Of a DNA stretch of 64,000 nucleotides, positions 52,441 to 64,000 are shown piece by piece. How positions within the stretch are numbered: the stretch's first letter is position 1; each line of letters opens with the position of its first letter. The stretch covers positions 427,180,001 through 427,244,000 of the forward strand of contig NC_067400.1 in assembly GCF_016432865.1 (NCBI RefSeq), read 5' to 3'. The notes under the pieces are model-generated. The model was not told the DNA's origin. It saw only the letters and a list, made by a program, of their open reading frames with translations, and ran no database searches. A program made the translations under genes and the position numbers. This DNA is from Antechinus flavipes. Lineage: Eukaryota.

Positions 52441-53944
52441 GTGACACTGCATAAGCTGCATTGATTTAATTAAAAGAATGGGAAAGTAATGAGGACCTGA
52501 CAGAAGTCACTCACTTCAGAATTCAGAGTTGTTCCTAACTTTATCAATAATCTGGATAGTGAATTAGGTTTTTGTTGGATGAGTTTGTAGATAATACCAG
52601 TCCCTCAATAAATAGCAACTGTGAAAAATAACATTTTTTCAACATACTCAAAAACCAGATGCCTGAAATATAAAGTAAGAAATAAAAATTATTAATTATT
52701 GACTTATCAAATACAATGTTACATTTCTTATTATGATCAATTTTAAAACAAGCCAGCTGAAGATATTATCTATATTCTTCCTGGAGATGTTCTCAATTGA
52801 CATTTTGTTCCTGTGTTCAGAAGTTCTGGGCAGTTTTCTTGTATTATTTCTTGCATATGCTGTTCCATTTTTTTTTACTCATTCATAGTGGCTGTCAATA
52901 AATCAATAGCCAATATAAAAAAAATGAATGATTCTCCATCTCCTATAAAATAAGATAAAAATTGTGACATTCAAGACTCACTACAATTTTTCTCTAATCA
53001 ACTAATCCAGCTTTGTCTTGCATGGCTACATATGTGTTATGTTCTCATTAAACTGGATGACACCATTTTCTAAATTTAATGATTTCTTACTGAATTTTGT
53101 GATTTTGCTTATTACAGGACTCTCCTCCCTGCTTCTTTTTTTCACCAAACTCTGCCCATTCTTTAAGACTCATGTCCAACAGACATTGCCTATAAAACTT
53201 TGTCTGATCTCCCAGATAAGAGTAAATCTTCTGTCCTTTGAAAAATCAAAACTTTCTTTGAACTCAGCATCTTTGGGTTACATCTAGTCATATAAGTAAT
53301 TATAATGGTATACATTTATGTATCTGCTTAAGATTTGAAATTAAATCATCAATAAGTACTTATTAAGTATTTAACTCTAGCCAGGCACCATAAAAGGCAC
53401 TGAAGATTAAAAAAAAAAAAGCCACAAAACAAAAACAATTCTTGCTCTTAGAGAATTTGCATCCTAATAGAGGAGACAATATCTATAAATCAGAATATAA
53501 ACTAAATGTAGGGTACAGAGACACTAACTTTGGGAGGCATGGCACTACCAACTAGGGAAACCAAGAAAGCCTTCCTGGAAAAGGTGAGAATTGGGCTGTG
53601 ACTTAATGAAAGCCAGACAGTTTAAATGTGGATGTTGAAAGGAAAAGGATTCTAGGTTATCCATTTATCTATAGGCTAACAAGGAACTATCTTTGATTTT
53701 CTTTGACCTTTGAATTTCCAGTCAATTTTTTAAAAACTTTAAATATTCACATTTTACCCTGGTTTCCTCATCCAAAAAATGGACATAATAATAGCATCTA
53801 TCTCTGGAGTTATAAGGATGAAATTAAGCAATATTTGTAAAGGTTTTTTTTTTTTTTTGGTAATTTTTGTAAATTTTTTTTTAACTATGTATTATTATTA
53901 TCATCATCATTATTTTAAGAAATTTTTCTCTGTCTGTAATAGCC

Positions 53945-54185
53945 ACAGGGCAGTTAGGTGATTTAATATATAGGACACTGGGCCTAGAGTCAAGAAGACT
54001 CATTGTCCTTAGTTCAAATCTGGCCTTAAAGAACTTACTAGATGTATTACCCTGGGAAAGTCACTGAACCCTGTTTCCTTCAGTTTCCACATCTGCAAAA
54101 TAAACTAGAATAGGAAATGACAAGCTGCTTTAATAACACTTCCAAGAAAACTCCAAATGAGGTTGCAAAGAGTCAGAAACAAATG
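53945..54185 (+). mobile_element. Mar1-type CORE-SINE
   Basis: tRNA-like head 'gggcagttaggtg', CORE, then tail 'ccaagaaaactccaaatgaggttgcaaagagtcagaaac'. Confidence 0.8.
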
Positions 54186-54915
54186 AATGACAACATGATA
54201 GCTACAGAAGTCCACTAATAAAAATATGTATTGAGAAACTAAATTTTTATTAAGAAATATTCCTTCCTCTCTACTCCCTAAAAATATTGTCTTTTAAGAT
54301 GTTTACACTGGGCTGGACTGAATCTGTGATAACTTTTCCCCCACCTCTGTTTGAGAGCATATCTTAAGACTTTTTTCTGCTCTATAAATCCATGACAGTG
54401 TTAGGCTTCTCATAAAAGAATAACTTGATTTTTGTTTTTTTTGTTTTTACCTAAAGACCTGTGAATAACACCTTTGTGAAAAATTTTATTGAAGTTTTAG
54501 TTAGGTGGTGCAGAATAAGAATCCTAGACACATAGCCTTCTCATTCAGGAAATAATGGTTATGCATAAAGATTTATAGATGTGGGGAAATAAATAAAAGA
54601 ATAAACATGGCCTAAAAGGAAATGATGTAAGACAATTGCTTTACTTTGGTTTTCTGTTTAATGAAATTGTAATGATTCTAAACCCAGAATACCCTGAGGT
54701 GAATAAAAATTGGAAAGAATGCCAAACTCCTTATTGGAAAACAATTTGGCAGATGACAGTGACAGAGACAGAACCCCCCTCATACTGAAGTACACAAAGT
54801 GACACCAGGATCCACGCTGTTTTCCTGGTTTGATATCAAAGCCAGGAAGTTGAAAGGACTCATGCATTTAATGCGTGGTGAAAACTACAGAGACAGCCTC
54901 TACTAAAGTGGAATT

Positions 54916-55063
54916 NNNNNNNNNNNNNNNNNNNNNNNNNNNNNNNNNNNNNNNNNNNNNNNNNNNNNNNNNNNNNNNNNNNNNNNNNNNNNNNNNNNNN
55001 NNNNNNNNNNNNNNNNNNNNNNNNNNNNNNNNNNNNNNNNNNNNNNNNNNNNNNNNNNNNNNN
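54916..55063. other. Assembly gap
   Basis: Run of N. Confidence 1.
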
Positions 55064-55708
55064 GTCTATAACACGGAGGAAAGTAATAGCAATCTGAAAG
55101 GAACAATTTGAGTAAATCTTCACGATGAGTATTATCAGGCATGTACATCCTGAATTTCTGTAGTCATTCCTTGCAAGATGGGAGAATTGAAGAATGCTTT
55201 GTCACTTTATTACCCTCAAGTTAATCCCAATAGGTAGCCCTTGGGAGTCATTTCTCCCTAGACACCATTAAGGATGGATGGTACTGCCCTGCCAGTGTAT
55301 AGACATGGAGCTCTAATTTGGAACGATCACAGTGAAGAGTTGTCTCAACTATTGCTTAGTTATATTACACACAAAAGTGAAACTAGCCAGGTTATTGCTA
55401 TGCCTACAATTTGGAGAAATTCCATTTAACTTTAAGGAATTAGGAAATAAATGAAAACAATTAACAAAAGAATTATGGATTTTTTTTTCATTTTTTGCAT
55501 CACTCTCCCACAGAAGAAAAATAAGTGGCCCATATGGTTGAATTGAAAAATAGACATTTCTTTGTAAAACAAAAGTTTTTCAAGGGAAGGGGCCCTCTCT
55601 CATTTTTTTTTTTTTTTGGATATATCCTCAGCATTTAGCACAGTGCCTGGCACATGGTAGGTGCTTAATGAATGTTTGTTTAATGGACTTAACTGAATTT
55701 TTTCTAAA

Positions 55709-55710
<2 letters not shown>

Positions 55711-55746
<36 letters not shown>
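55711..55746. repeat. (GA)n microsatellite
   Basis: Directly visible. It follows an L2 3' end at about 55620-55690. Confidence 0.95.
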
Positions 55747-55752
<6 letters not shown>

Positions 55753-56226
55753 CCAAGTTAATCATAAATTTGTGAAATATTGTGAAGCTTGGTGAAAAGG
55801 CAAGTATCTTGCTTTCCCTTAAAATTCAAATCTTTAAGATTAAAGCCTTGTAACAGGGTAACAGGAAACATAGTGTTTTCTTAAAACAACAGAGCACTAC
55901 TGATAGGAAAGTTAACCTCTTATCTTCCTTGACTTGAAAGGTGTTTTCCTTTTTAAAATTTCTTTTTCATTTAAACAAGATTGACCTTTAACTTTCCTCT
56001 TTGTGGAAGTAAAAGAAAACAACTGCTTCACAAAACAGCCTTTAGCCATAGTACAGCCTTTAATGGACTAATCACAGCAATCTACAGGTGAGTAATTGAC
56101 TGATTTCTTCTATTTAGACAAAGTCTTTAAAATCTCTCCCATCCAAAGCCCCACCCATACAATTTTCTGGTCCAAATCTTCCTCTTTCCTTTTTCACTTT
56201 CTCTTTTCTTCTACCCTCTCCCTTCT

Positions 56227-56230
<4 letters not shown>

Positions 56231-56271
<41 letters not shown>
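56231..56271. repeat. (CA)n microsatellite
   Basis: Directly visible. Confidence 0.98.
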
Positions 56272-56273
<2 letters not shown>

Positions 56274-57299
56274 AAAATTTTCAGGTCAAACCTAGATAAA
56301 CCAAAAATCTTCAAGTAAAGCAAGTGCTATGAGGTATCGTTGGCTTGAATTTTTTTTTAATAATACTGGCAAATGATCCCAAAATGCCTTCAACTCTGGA
56401 AAGGTTTGGTTTCAGTCATAAACTTAATAAAAAGAATTAAATCATGAAAAAGGACAGAGAGACAGGGAGGGAGGAAAGACAAAGGAGGAAGAGGAAATGG
56501 AAATGGAGGAAAAAAAGAAAAAACAAGAATAAAAAAGAAAAACCCATTAAATGTACATAAGGAAAAGAAAGAATAGTCTATGATATGAATTCCATTTGTC
56601 TATGAATTTCAGGAGCAAAAAAGATTTTTAAAAAGGCATATGGAATTAGCTTAAATATCTCAACTCATTATTCTGTGTATTTGAATTACTGAAGTAAATA
56701 CTTTTTTTAATCTTTTAAGGTGAGACATAGCTATCCAGATCCCTTTATAGTTATACAAAATGTAATCAATCTCATCCATTATCATTACCTATATGGATGA
56801 CTTATGTGGAGACTGTTATTTCTCTCTATAATTTTTTCAGCTGCACTTTTGTCTTTTATAGAGTCCTATAATTTTTATGTATCTGAATGTGCGCTAGAGT
56901 TTTATAGCTAAAGTATGGTTTTAAATATTCATTAAAAACCACATATTTTTTATAAGCATTTTCAAAAAGAAAAAAGTCAAATATAATCTTTCTTATCCAA
57001 GCTAAATAATTTTTTGTCCTACCCAGTTCTTCAATTCAGTTAGACTTGAGGAGGGAGCACATTGGGGTTATGTAGAGAGAGGTCATACATACAGAGCAAC
57101 ATGTAGGCCAGTATGACTAAATCAAAGACTACAAGGAGGGAATTAAGACACAAGACTGGAAACATAGGAACTCAGGTCCTCCTGACGTCAGGGTTGGAAC
57201 TCTATCCACTGTACCACCTAGTTGCCCTGTCTTGTCTTTTCCTACAAAGTAGTCAAAATGCTTTTACTAATTACTGCAGAAATAGAAATAATATGGTAA

Positions 57300-58050
57300 C
57301 CAAATGGACATTGGGGTAAATGAGAGTGAGAAGTCAGGAAAACTACATGATGGTTGTTAACTAAGGGGATCAGAAAGGTGATGGGACTCTCAGTGGTAAC
57401 AGTAAAGTACAGAAGAGAGTTGGAATTTGAGAAGAATGAAAAGCAGTGACTTCTGTTTAGTTGCCTATGTGACAAGTTGCCTAATAGGCAGTTGCTGATG
57501 TGTGACTGGATCTTAAAAGTGAGATTGGGGATAAATTTGCAGATATGAGAATTATGGTAATTGACCCCTCTGGGAACTAATAAGTAAAAAACATGAAACA
57601 GTGTAGAGAGAGAAGAAACGATTTTAGAGTGGCTTGGAGCACATCCCCAATTAATGGGCCTGACATAGTTAATGAATTAGGAGACTGAGAAGGAATGGAT
57701 GGCCAGGTAGAATCATAGAATTAGAGTTGGAAGGGACCTCAGAGATTATCTTACCCTACTCCCTCACTTTTACAAAGGTAATGACCATTTGAAGAGAAGA
57801 TGTGACCTACCATGTAACACCACACTGGTGGTGAATGGGAGATCTATTTTGAACCCAAGTACTCTGAAGCCAAAGCTAAGAAAAGAAAGTGGTCAGTAGT
57901 GCTAAATGCTATGAAGAAATCAAAAAGGATAAAGACTGAGGAGAGGCCATTAGTACTTCCTAATTATTCAACTGAGTAGTAAGTAGAGAAACCAGACTAT
58001 ACAGTTAAGCTAGTGAAAGGAAAGAAAGGAGAGATATTTAGTAGATATGT
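57300..58050 (-). mobile_element. L2 relic with an embedded MIR (~57710-57880)
   Basis: Purine-rich antisense L2 plus 'tagaattagagttggaagggacctcagagattatc'. Confidence 0.6.
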
Positions 58051-58351
58051 TCTTTTGTTTTTGTTTCTGTTGTTGTTTTTTTTTTTTGTTGTTTGTTTGT
58101 TTGTTTTGCTGAAACGGGGTTAAGTAACTTGTCCAGGGCTGCACATAACTTGCCCAGGATCACACAAGTACAAGTGTTTTTTAAAATAATTTTAAAAGGA
58201 GAAAGATACAGCACAATAGTAGGGTTTTTTGGTTTTGTCTTGGTTTTGTTGTTGTTATTTTTAAGGATGTAAGAGACTTAAGATTTGAAGCCAGGATTGA
58301 GGGAAACAGAAGATAGGAAGAAAGTGAAAATTATTTTTTAAAAGGGATGGT

Positions 58352-59150
58352 ATACATTCTGGAGAGTAATTTGGAACTGTGCCCAAAGGGCTATCAAACT
58401 CTGCATACCCTTTGATCCATCTGTGGCTCTACTAGGTCTGTATCCAAAGAGATCATAAAAAAGGGAAAAGGATCCATATGTGCAAAAATGTTTGTGGCAG
58501 GTCTTTTTGTGGTAGCAAGAAACTGGAAACTGAGTGGATGCCCATTAGCTGGAGAATGGCTGAATAAGTTATGGTATATGAATGCTAAGGAATATTATTG
58601 TTCTGTAAGAAATGGCCAGCAGGATGATTTCAGAAAGGCCTGGAGAGACTTACACGAACTAATGCTGAGTGAAATGAGCAGGACCAGGAGATCATTATAT
58701 ACTTCAACAACAATATTATATGATGATCAATTCTGCTGGACCTGGCCATCTTCAGCAATGAGATGAACCAAATCAGTTCTAATGGAGCAGTAATGAACTG
58801 AACCAGCTACACCCACGAAAGAATTCTGGGAGATGACTAAGAACCACTACATAGAATTCCCAATCCCTCTATTTTTGTCTGCCTGCATTTTTGATTTCCT
58901 TCACAGGCTAATTGTACACTATTTCAAAGTCCAATTCTTTTTGTACAGCAAAATAACTGTTTGGACATGTATACATATATTTAATATATACATTAACATA
59001 TTAAACATAGATTGGTCAACCTGCTATCTCGGGGAAGGGGTGAGGGGAAGGAGGAAAAAAGTTGGAACAAAAGGTTTTGCAATTGTCAGTGCTGAAAAAT
59101 TAGCTATGCATATATCTTGTAAATAAAAAACTATTTTAAAAAAGTAAAAA
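58352..59150 (+). mobile_element. 5'-truncated L1 3' end, copy 1 of a stack of three
   Basis: ORF 58488-58766 is the L1 ORF2 C-terminus, followed by a 3'UTR and A-rich tail. Confidence 0.92.
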
Positions 59151-59169
59151 AGAGAGAGAGGGGGGGGGG

Positions 59170-59655
59170 GCCTGGAGAGACTTACATGAACTGATGCTAA
59201 GTGAAATGAGCAAAAACAGGCAATCATGGTACATGGCAACAGCAAGATTATGTGATGATCAATTCTAATGGATGGTGCACTTCTCAACAATGAGATGATT
59301 CAGACCAGTTCCAATGACCTTATGAGGAAGAGAGCTATCTCTACCCAGAGAGAAGACTGTGGGAACTGAGTGTGGATCACAACATAGCATTTTCACTTTT
59401 TTTGTTGTTGTTGGCTTGCATTTTATTTTCTTATTTTTTTTCTTTCTGATTTGTTTTTCTTGTACAGCAAGATAATTGTATAAATATGTATGCATATAGT
59501 GGACTTAACATATTTTACCATGTTTAACATATATTGGATTACTTGCCATCTAGGGGAGGGAGTGAAGAGATGAGGGGAAAATTAGAATACAAGGTTTTGC
59601 AAGGCTTAATGTTGAAAAATTACCCATGTACATCTTCTGAAAATTAAAAAGCTTA
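59170..59655 (+). mobile_element. 5'-truncated L1 3' end, copy 2
   Basis: Starts 'cctggagagacttacatgaactg' after a (GA)n/G10 linker. Its 3'UTR type differs from copy 1. Confidence 0.9.
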
Positions 59656-60400
59656 TTTGGAGCTATGCCCCAAAAGTTATCAAACTGTGCATACCCTTTG
59701 ACCCAGTAGTGTTTCTACTGGGCTTATATCTCAAAATGATCTTAAAGGAAGGAAAGGGACCCACGTGTGCAAACATGTTTGTGGCAAGAAACTGGAAACT
59801 GAGTAGATGTCCATCAATTGGAGAATGGCTGGGTAAATTATGGTATATGAATGTTATGGAATATTATTGTTCTGTAAGAAATGACCAACAGGATGATTTC
59901 AGAGAGTCCTGGAGAGACTTACATGAACTGATGCTGAGTGAAGTGAGCAGAACCAGGAGATCATTGTACATGACAACAACAAGACTATACAACAATTAAT
60001 TCTGATGGACATGGTTCTTTTCAGCAATGAGATGATTCAGTGCTCCAATGCTCTTGTGATGAAGAGAGCCATCTACGTCCAGAGAGACAACTGTGGGAAC
60101 TGAGTGTGGTTCACAACATAGCATTTTCATTCTTTTTGTTGTCATTTGCTTGCATTTTATTTTCTTTCTCATTTTTTTTCTGGTTTGATTTTTCTTGTGC
60201 AGCAAGATAATTATATAAATATGTATGCAAATATTGAATTTAACATATATTTCTCCCATTTTTAACATATGTTGGACTACTTGCCATCTAAGGGAGAGGG
60301 TGTGGGAAGGTGGGGAAAATTGGAACACAAGGTTTTCCAAGGGTTAATATTAAAGAATTATCCATGCATATGTTTCGAAAAATTAAAAAAGCTTTAATAA
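59656..60400 (+). mobile_element. 5'-truncated L1 3' end, copy 3
   Basis: ORF 59709-59999 is the L1 ORF2 C-terminus. The 3'UTR resembles copy 2 and the 1090-2030 copy. Confidence 0.92.
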
Positions 60401-60574
60401 AGGGGGAAAAAAGATATATCGCAAAGCTACAAAGGAAACTAAAATATATTAAAATAAAGATTTCATTTGATTAAAAAAGAAAATTAAAAGCATTAATAAC
60501 AGATTAATTAATTTAAAAAAATAACACTAGAGAGTATAGGAATAAACAGAGTTTTCCTTAAAAAATAAAATAAA

Positions 60575-60770
60575 ATAAAAGGGATGGTATAGAGTTGTTG
60601 AAGAAGCTTTGGATTTGAATTCAGAAGATATGGATTTAATTCCTGATTCTTACTAAAATAAGGTAAATTCTTTAGCTCTCTGAGTCTTATTCTTCCCATC
60701 TATAAAATGGGAATGATAATATTTGTACTATCCACCTCAAAGAATTGTTGTGATGGAATACTAATAATTT
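60575..60770 (+). mobile_element. MIR relic
   Basis: 'ttcccatctataaaatgggaatgataatatttgtactatccacctca'. Confidence 0.7.
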
Positions 60771-61009
60771 ACTGGGGTTGAAGCTGGAAAGGTTAAGGAG
60801 AACAGTAAAATATATATATATATATCAAAATAATTATCAAAGAATGACCAAGACAACCAAATTTTAAAAAATAGTATGAATGAGGATTAAAAAGGAATGT
60901 TTAAAAAAAAAGGTATTGGTCATTGGTAGTAGATGCAGCAAAAAGTGAAACAACAGGACAATAGGATCTTCATAGAAGTTTAACATGAGAATAATTAGGG
61001 GAATATAAT

Positions 61010-61260
61010 TGACTTATTGTAGTTCAGTTGTGTCCAAATCTTCTTTACTTCCTTGAGTGTTTTCTTGCCAAAGATACTGTAGTGGTTTGCTATTTCCTTC
61101 TCTAACTCATTTTATAAATGAAAAAATTGAGGCAAGCAGTGTTAAGTGACTTATCCAGGGTCACACAGACAGTAAATATTTGCTGCTACTTTTGAACTCA
61201 GGAAGATAAGTCTTCATAACCCTGGGCCCAGCATTCCAACCACTATACCAACTACATGTC
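61010..61260 (-). mobile_element. Mar1-type CORE-SINE
   Basis: 'cttgccaaagatactgtagtggtttgctatttcc...gttaagtgacttatccagggtcacacag'. Confidence 0.85.
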
Positions 61261-61269
61261 CCAAGAAGT

Positions 61270-61560
61270 TGACTACAAGCCTACTATGAGCCAATAATGG
61301 GAATCTGTTCTCAAACAAAGAAAAATTTAATGTGATCTTAAATTGAGTTTACAGAATTATGTTATGGTTAAGAAAAGTAGTAATTCCTTTGTTCTCTGTT
61401 CTCCACATCTCTTGAGAGTATTGCATCCACATTTCAATTCAACATTTTATGAAGGTCATTTACAAGCTAGAGACACTCCAACAGGTAACCAAGGTGATAA
61501 GAAATCTAGAAGCAATATCATGTAAAATGGTTGCTGAACCTGAGGAAATGTGGGAAGAAA
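61270..61560 (+). mobile_element. L3/CR1 relic
   Basis: 'gagtattgcatccacatttcaattcaacattttatgaagg...tacaagctagagacactccaa'. Confidence 0.6.
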
Positions 61561-61681
61561 AAATAATTTCGTTATCTTCGTATTTTTATCTTTAAAATTG
61601 TAATATAGAATTTTTATAAAATATATAGAGAGAATAATTTTTATATGGAAAAAATTTAACAGTATTACAGAGTAAATAACT

Positions 61682-62300
61682 AGAGCCATTGTATTGGGGT
61701 TACAAATACTGGAGCTGGAAAAGAAAATGCTTCCTCCACCTGACACCATGAGGGCAGCATTGTGAGACTACAGAAAATTTGTAGGTTCAAAAACACAAAT
61801 GGCATCTTTAAGAACTCTGAAGTTCTTTAGACCATTTCATTAGAAGATCATACAAGCTCGAAAGTTATTTTGTATTTGATAAGTAGTTTTGAAGAATCAG
61901 ATAATGTGAATAAAGATCATGTAGCAGATCTTTATCACGTGCAAGACTTTCTTGAAAACAAAACACGATTTCAATCAAAAGATACATGCTATATATGTAT
62001 GGGATAAGAAACATATAGACCCGCAGTTCCTGCAGAACCTGCTACTTTGAAGATTATTGTAAACTTAGAAGTAGGTCTGTATCATCTGTATCTGAACATG
62101 ATTGCCAGCTTTGGTGTGAAACTGGCCAGCACTCCACAGGCTGTTTGTTACTCATGGCACTGCAGATATGGGAATGGCCTTACTTTTGAATGAGATATAG
62201 CTACTTCGACAAACATCAAGAACCTGTCTGTTAACTTGAATGAGACAAGAAGTGACTGGCTCTATTCTAGAAATCATAGGTAAGGGCAAAATGGATTATA
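61682..62300 (+). pseudogene. Tentative decayed Mononegavirales L-protein (PRNTase/capping domain) endogenous viral element
   Basis: Hand translation across frameshifts gives an ordered motif series: IGVT (61693), FVGSKT (61778-61795), ISSFEESD (61879), G*ETYR (62002-62019), QA (62137), SRTCL (62216), QEVT (62246), MDY (62291). These echo rhabdovirus L IGTT / YLGSKT / ISWFVEPD / GSALHR / FQA / CKSCL / EEIT / MDY. Several gaps and frameshifts are needed and no search was run. Confidence 0.3.
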
Positions 62301-63029
62301 AAGTTGCTTGGTGAGTCAAAGCATTTAAAATGAAGATTTCTCCCCTGTATAAAATAAGCCAGAGACATCCAACACTCATTACATTTTAATACTTTAGTCT
62401 TTTCAAATGATTACTGCACTAAAAGACACCAGAGCTTTGATCTGGAAATGGGGTAGCAAACAATGCTCTTCTTCTCATCCATTACCACCAAAAAAGGAGA
62501 ACTTTTCATACACATTAGGGATGAAATTTTCCTATATAAAAAGGTAAAACTGGGGATCCATCTTTGGAGCTTCTGCTCTATCACAACTCCAATTCCAGAC
62601 TTAGATCTGGAAGATCATAATACACTCATCTCTAACCCTCCTACAGCCTTGATTGATTATATAGAATATCCTTTAATCATTTTTGGAAACATAAGCAAAG
62701 AGATTTGCTAAAATAATATCAATGAGAAAAGATGCAATAAAGCATTTCCCCTATCAATTTGGGATAATGCCCTCCATAGATTTACACATGTATCAGTGGG
62801 AAGAGTGTAGGTCACAGGAGAGACACTTTCCAAGGAACACCTGGTCAGGGCAATAATGTGGGTTAGATTTTGCTCCTCTAAATGCAGCCAGGGTGAGCCT
62901 CCTTGAGCCCTGTAGAGCTTCTTTTTGTTTTCAGCATCATTTAAGTTATTGGCTATGATGCCATTTCTTCCTCTTAAAAAGAGAAGTCTCTGCATAAAGA
63001 TATAAAATATTTCTTCTCTTTGACCCATC

Positions 63030-63600
63030 CATTAGGTTTATACCCTAAACAGATCAAAGAAAGAGGAAAAAACCCAGATACATAAAAATTTATATTAGCT
63101 CTTTTTGTGGAGGCAAAGAATTCGAAACTCGGGTCATTCACCATTTGAGAAGTGAATGTGATAGAATAGTAAATGTACTGTAAGAAATAATAAAGGGGAT
63201 TAGCTCAGTGATTTATGAATTTTGAGTGGTTATTTTGGAGCTCTTTCAGAAATAGTACCAGGATTGATGCAAAATTGATGTCACCTTTATTCATTTCATT
63301 AATTTTTTTCATCAGCTTCTTTAGACCATTCGGATTGTGGTTACTATTGTTTTGGGTACTATCTTTTCATAATCACCTTAGAATCATAGGATTGCATTTC
63401 TAATTTTCATTAAAACAGAATGACCAACCACAATTCCAAAGGACTCATAATGAAACACATTATTATCCTCCATATAGAGCACTGATGGACTCAGATAACA
63501 AATTGTAGCATGTTTGAGAAAAAAGATTATTTGGGGGAAATTATTATATTGTTTAAATCTAATTGTATATGATTAAAATTGTCTTCTCTCAGAATGCTGC
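63030..63600 (+). mobile_element. Old L1 3' end relic (interrupted ~63215-63400)
   Basis: 'gtttataccctaaacagatcaaagaaagagg...gctctttttgtggaggcaaagaat' and 'gaatgaccaaccacaattcc'. Confidence 0.7.
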
Positions 63601-63671
63601 CTGACCCCAGTAATTCTCTAGGAATGGTGGAGATGGCTACAAGGTGGTAGTTTTTGTTTGTTCCTCTAGAT

Positions 63672-63873
63672 CAGTGGTTCTCAAACTTTTGTTTTCAGTA
63701 TCTTTATCCTATTAAAAATTATTGAGGATCTCTCCAAAGCGTTTTTGTTTATCTGGGTTATATTTATAGACATTTACCATATTGGAAATAAAAACTATTT
63801 TTGAATTTGTAGACCCTCTAAAAGGGTTTCGGAGATCCCCAGGATTCTCTAGACCATACTTTGAGAACCACTG
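63672..63873. mobile_element. Charlie4-like hAT MITE, 202 bp
   Basis: Perfect 14-bp TIRs CAGTGGTTCTCAAA and perfect 8-bp TSD CTCTAGAT (63664-63671, 63874-63881). Confidence 0.93.
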
Positions 63874-64000
63874 CTCTAGATCCTGGATTTATCTAAATAA
63901 TTTTTGTTTTAAGTTACCATACCTAGGACTTGTGGTGGTTTCACCTAAGCTTGTGTTTCTCCCCTGAATTTTGGCTTAACCCAAATTATTGAATGTTTAT

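Noticed and set aside
61690-61722. P-loop-like TGAGK in plus frame 1
   Set aside because: It lacks the GxxGxGK[ST] pattern and is flanked by stops.
62480-62630. Mariner-like QKLQRWIP...PFL...DEK on the minus strand
   Set aside because: The spacing does not fit mariner transposase, downstream motifs are absent, and no TIRs were found.
62139-62830. Alternative register matching filovirus/bornavirus L (LVFSNDY, DLDL...SNP, LSIWD, GETLS)
   Set aside because: It needs many gaps, the invariant GxxT, HR and FQ residues would each need multi-base changes, and it conflicts with the better register at 61682-62300. It shows how easily chance matches arise.
1-64000. Most ORFs in the supplied six-frame track
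   Set aside because: They are short and low-complexity, span N-gaps, or are L1/transposase fragments. Only the CSRNP3 exon has host-gene homology and splice signals.

Overview
AT-rich marsupial genomic DNA, most likely a dasyurid such as the Tasmanian devil. This is inferred from the WSINE1-, Mar1- and OC1-type repeats and the marsupial L1 3' ends. The only confidently identified host gene feature is the first coding exon of CSRNP3 on the minus strand (exon 12459-12629, CDS 12459-12606). The rest is probably CSRNP3 intron, with a candidate alternative first exon/promoter near 27114-27356. Much of the window is transposon relics: L1, L2, L3/CR1, MIR, Mar1, WSINE1, several hAT MITEs, a Tigger1-like element and a well-preserved Tc2/pogo-type element. 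There are five N-gaps. No prokaryotic-type system, CRISPR array, rRNA or tRNA gene is present. Three observations stand out. (1) A 91-bp copy of a neighbouring L3 relic sits inside the Tc2/pogo element, with microhomology and a hairpin at the junction. (2) A repeat-free segment at about 61680-62300 has a decayed translation echoing, in order and spacing, the capping (PRNTase) domain of a Mononegavirales L protein; this is a tentative endogenous viral element. (3) An OC1-type hAT element is nested inside a MER63-like element. Repeat family names come from recall of consensus sequences, not a database search, and relic boundaries are approximate unless TSDs or TIRs are quoted.
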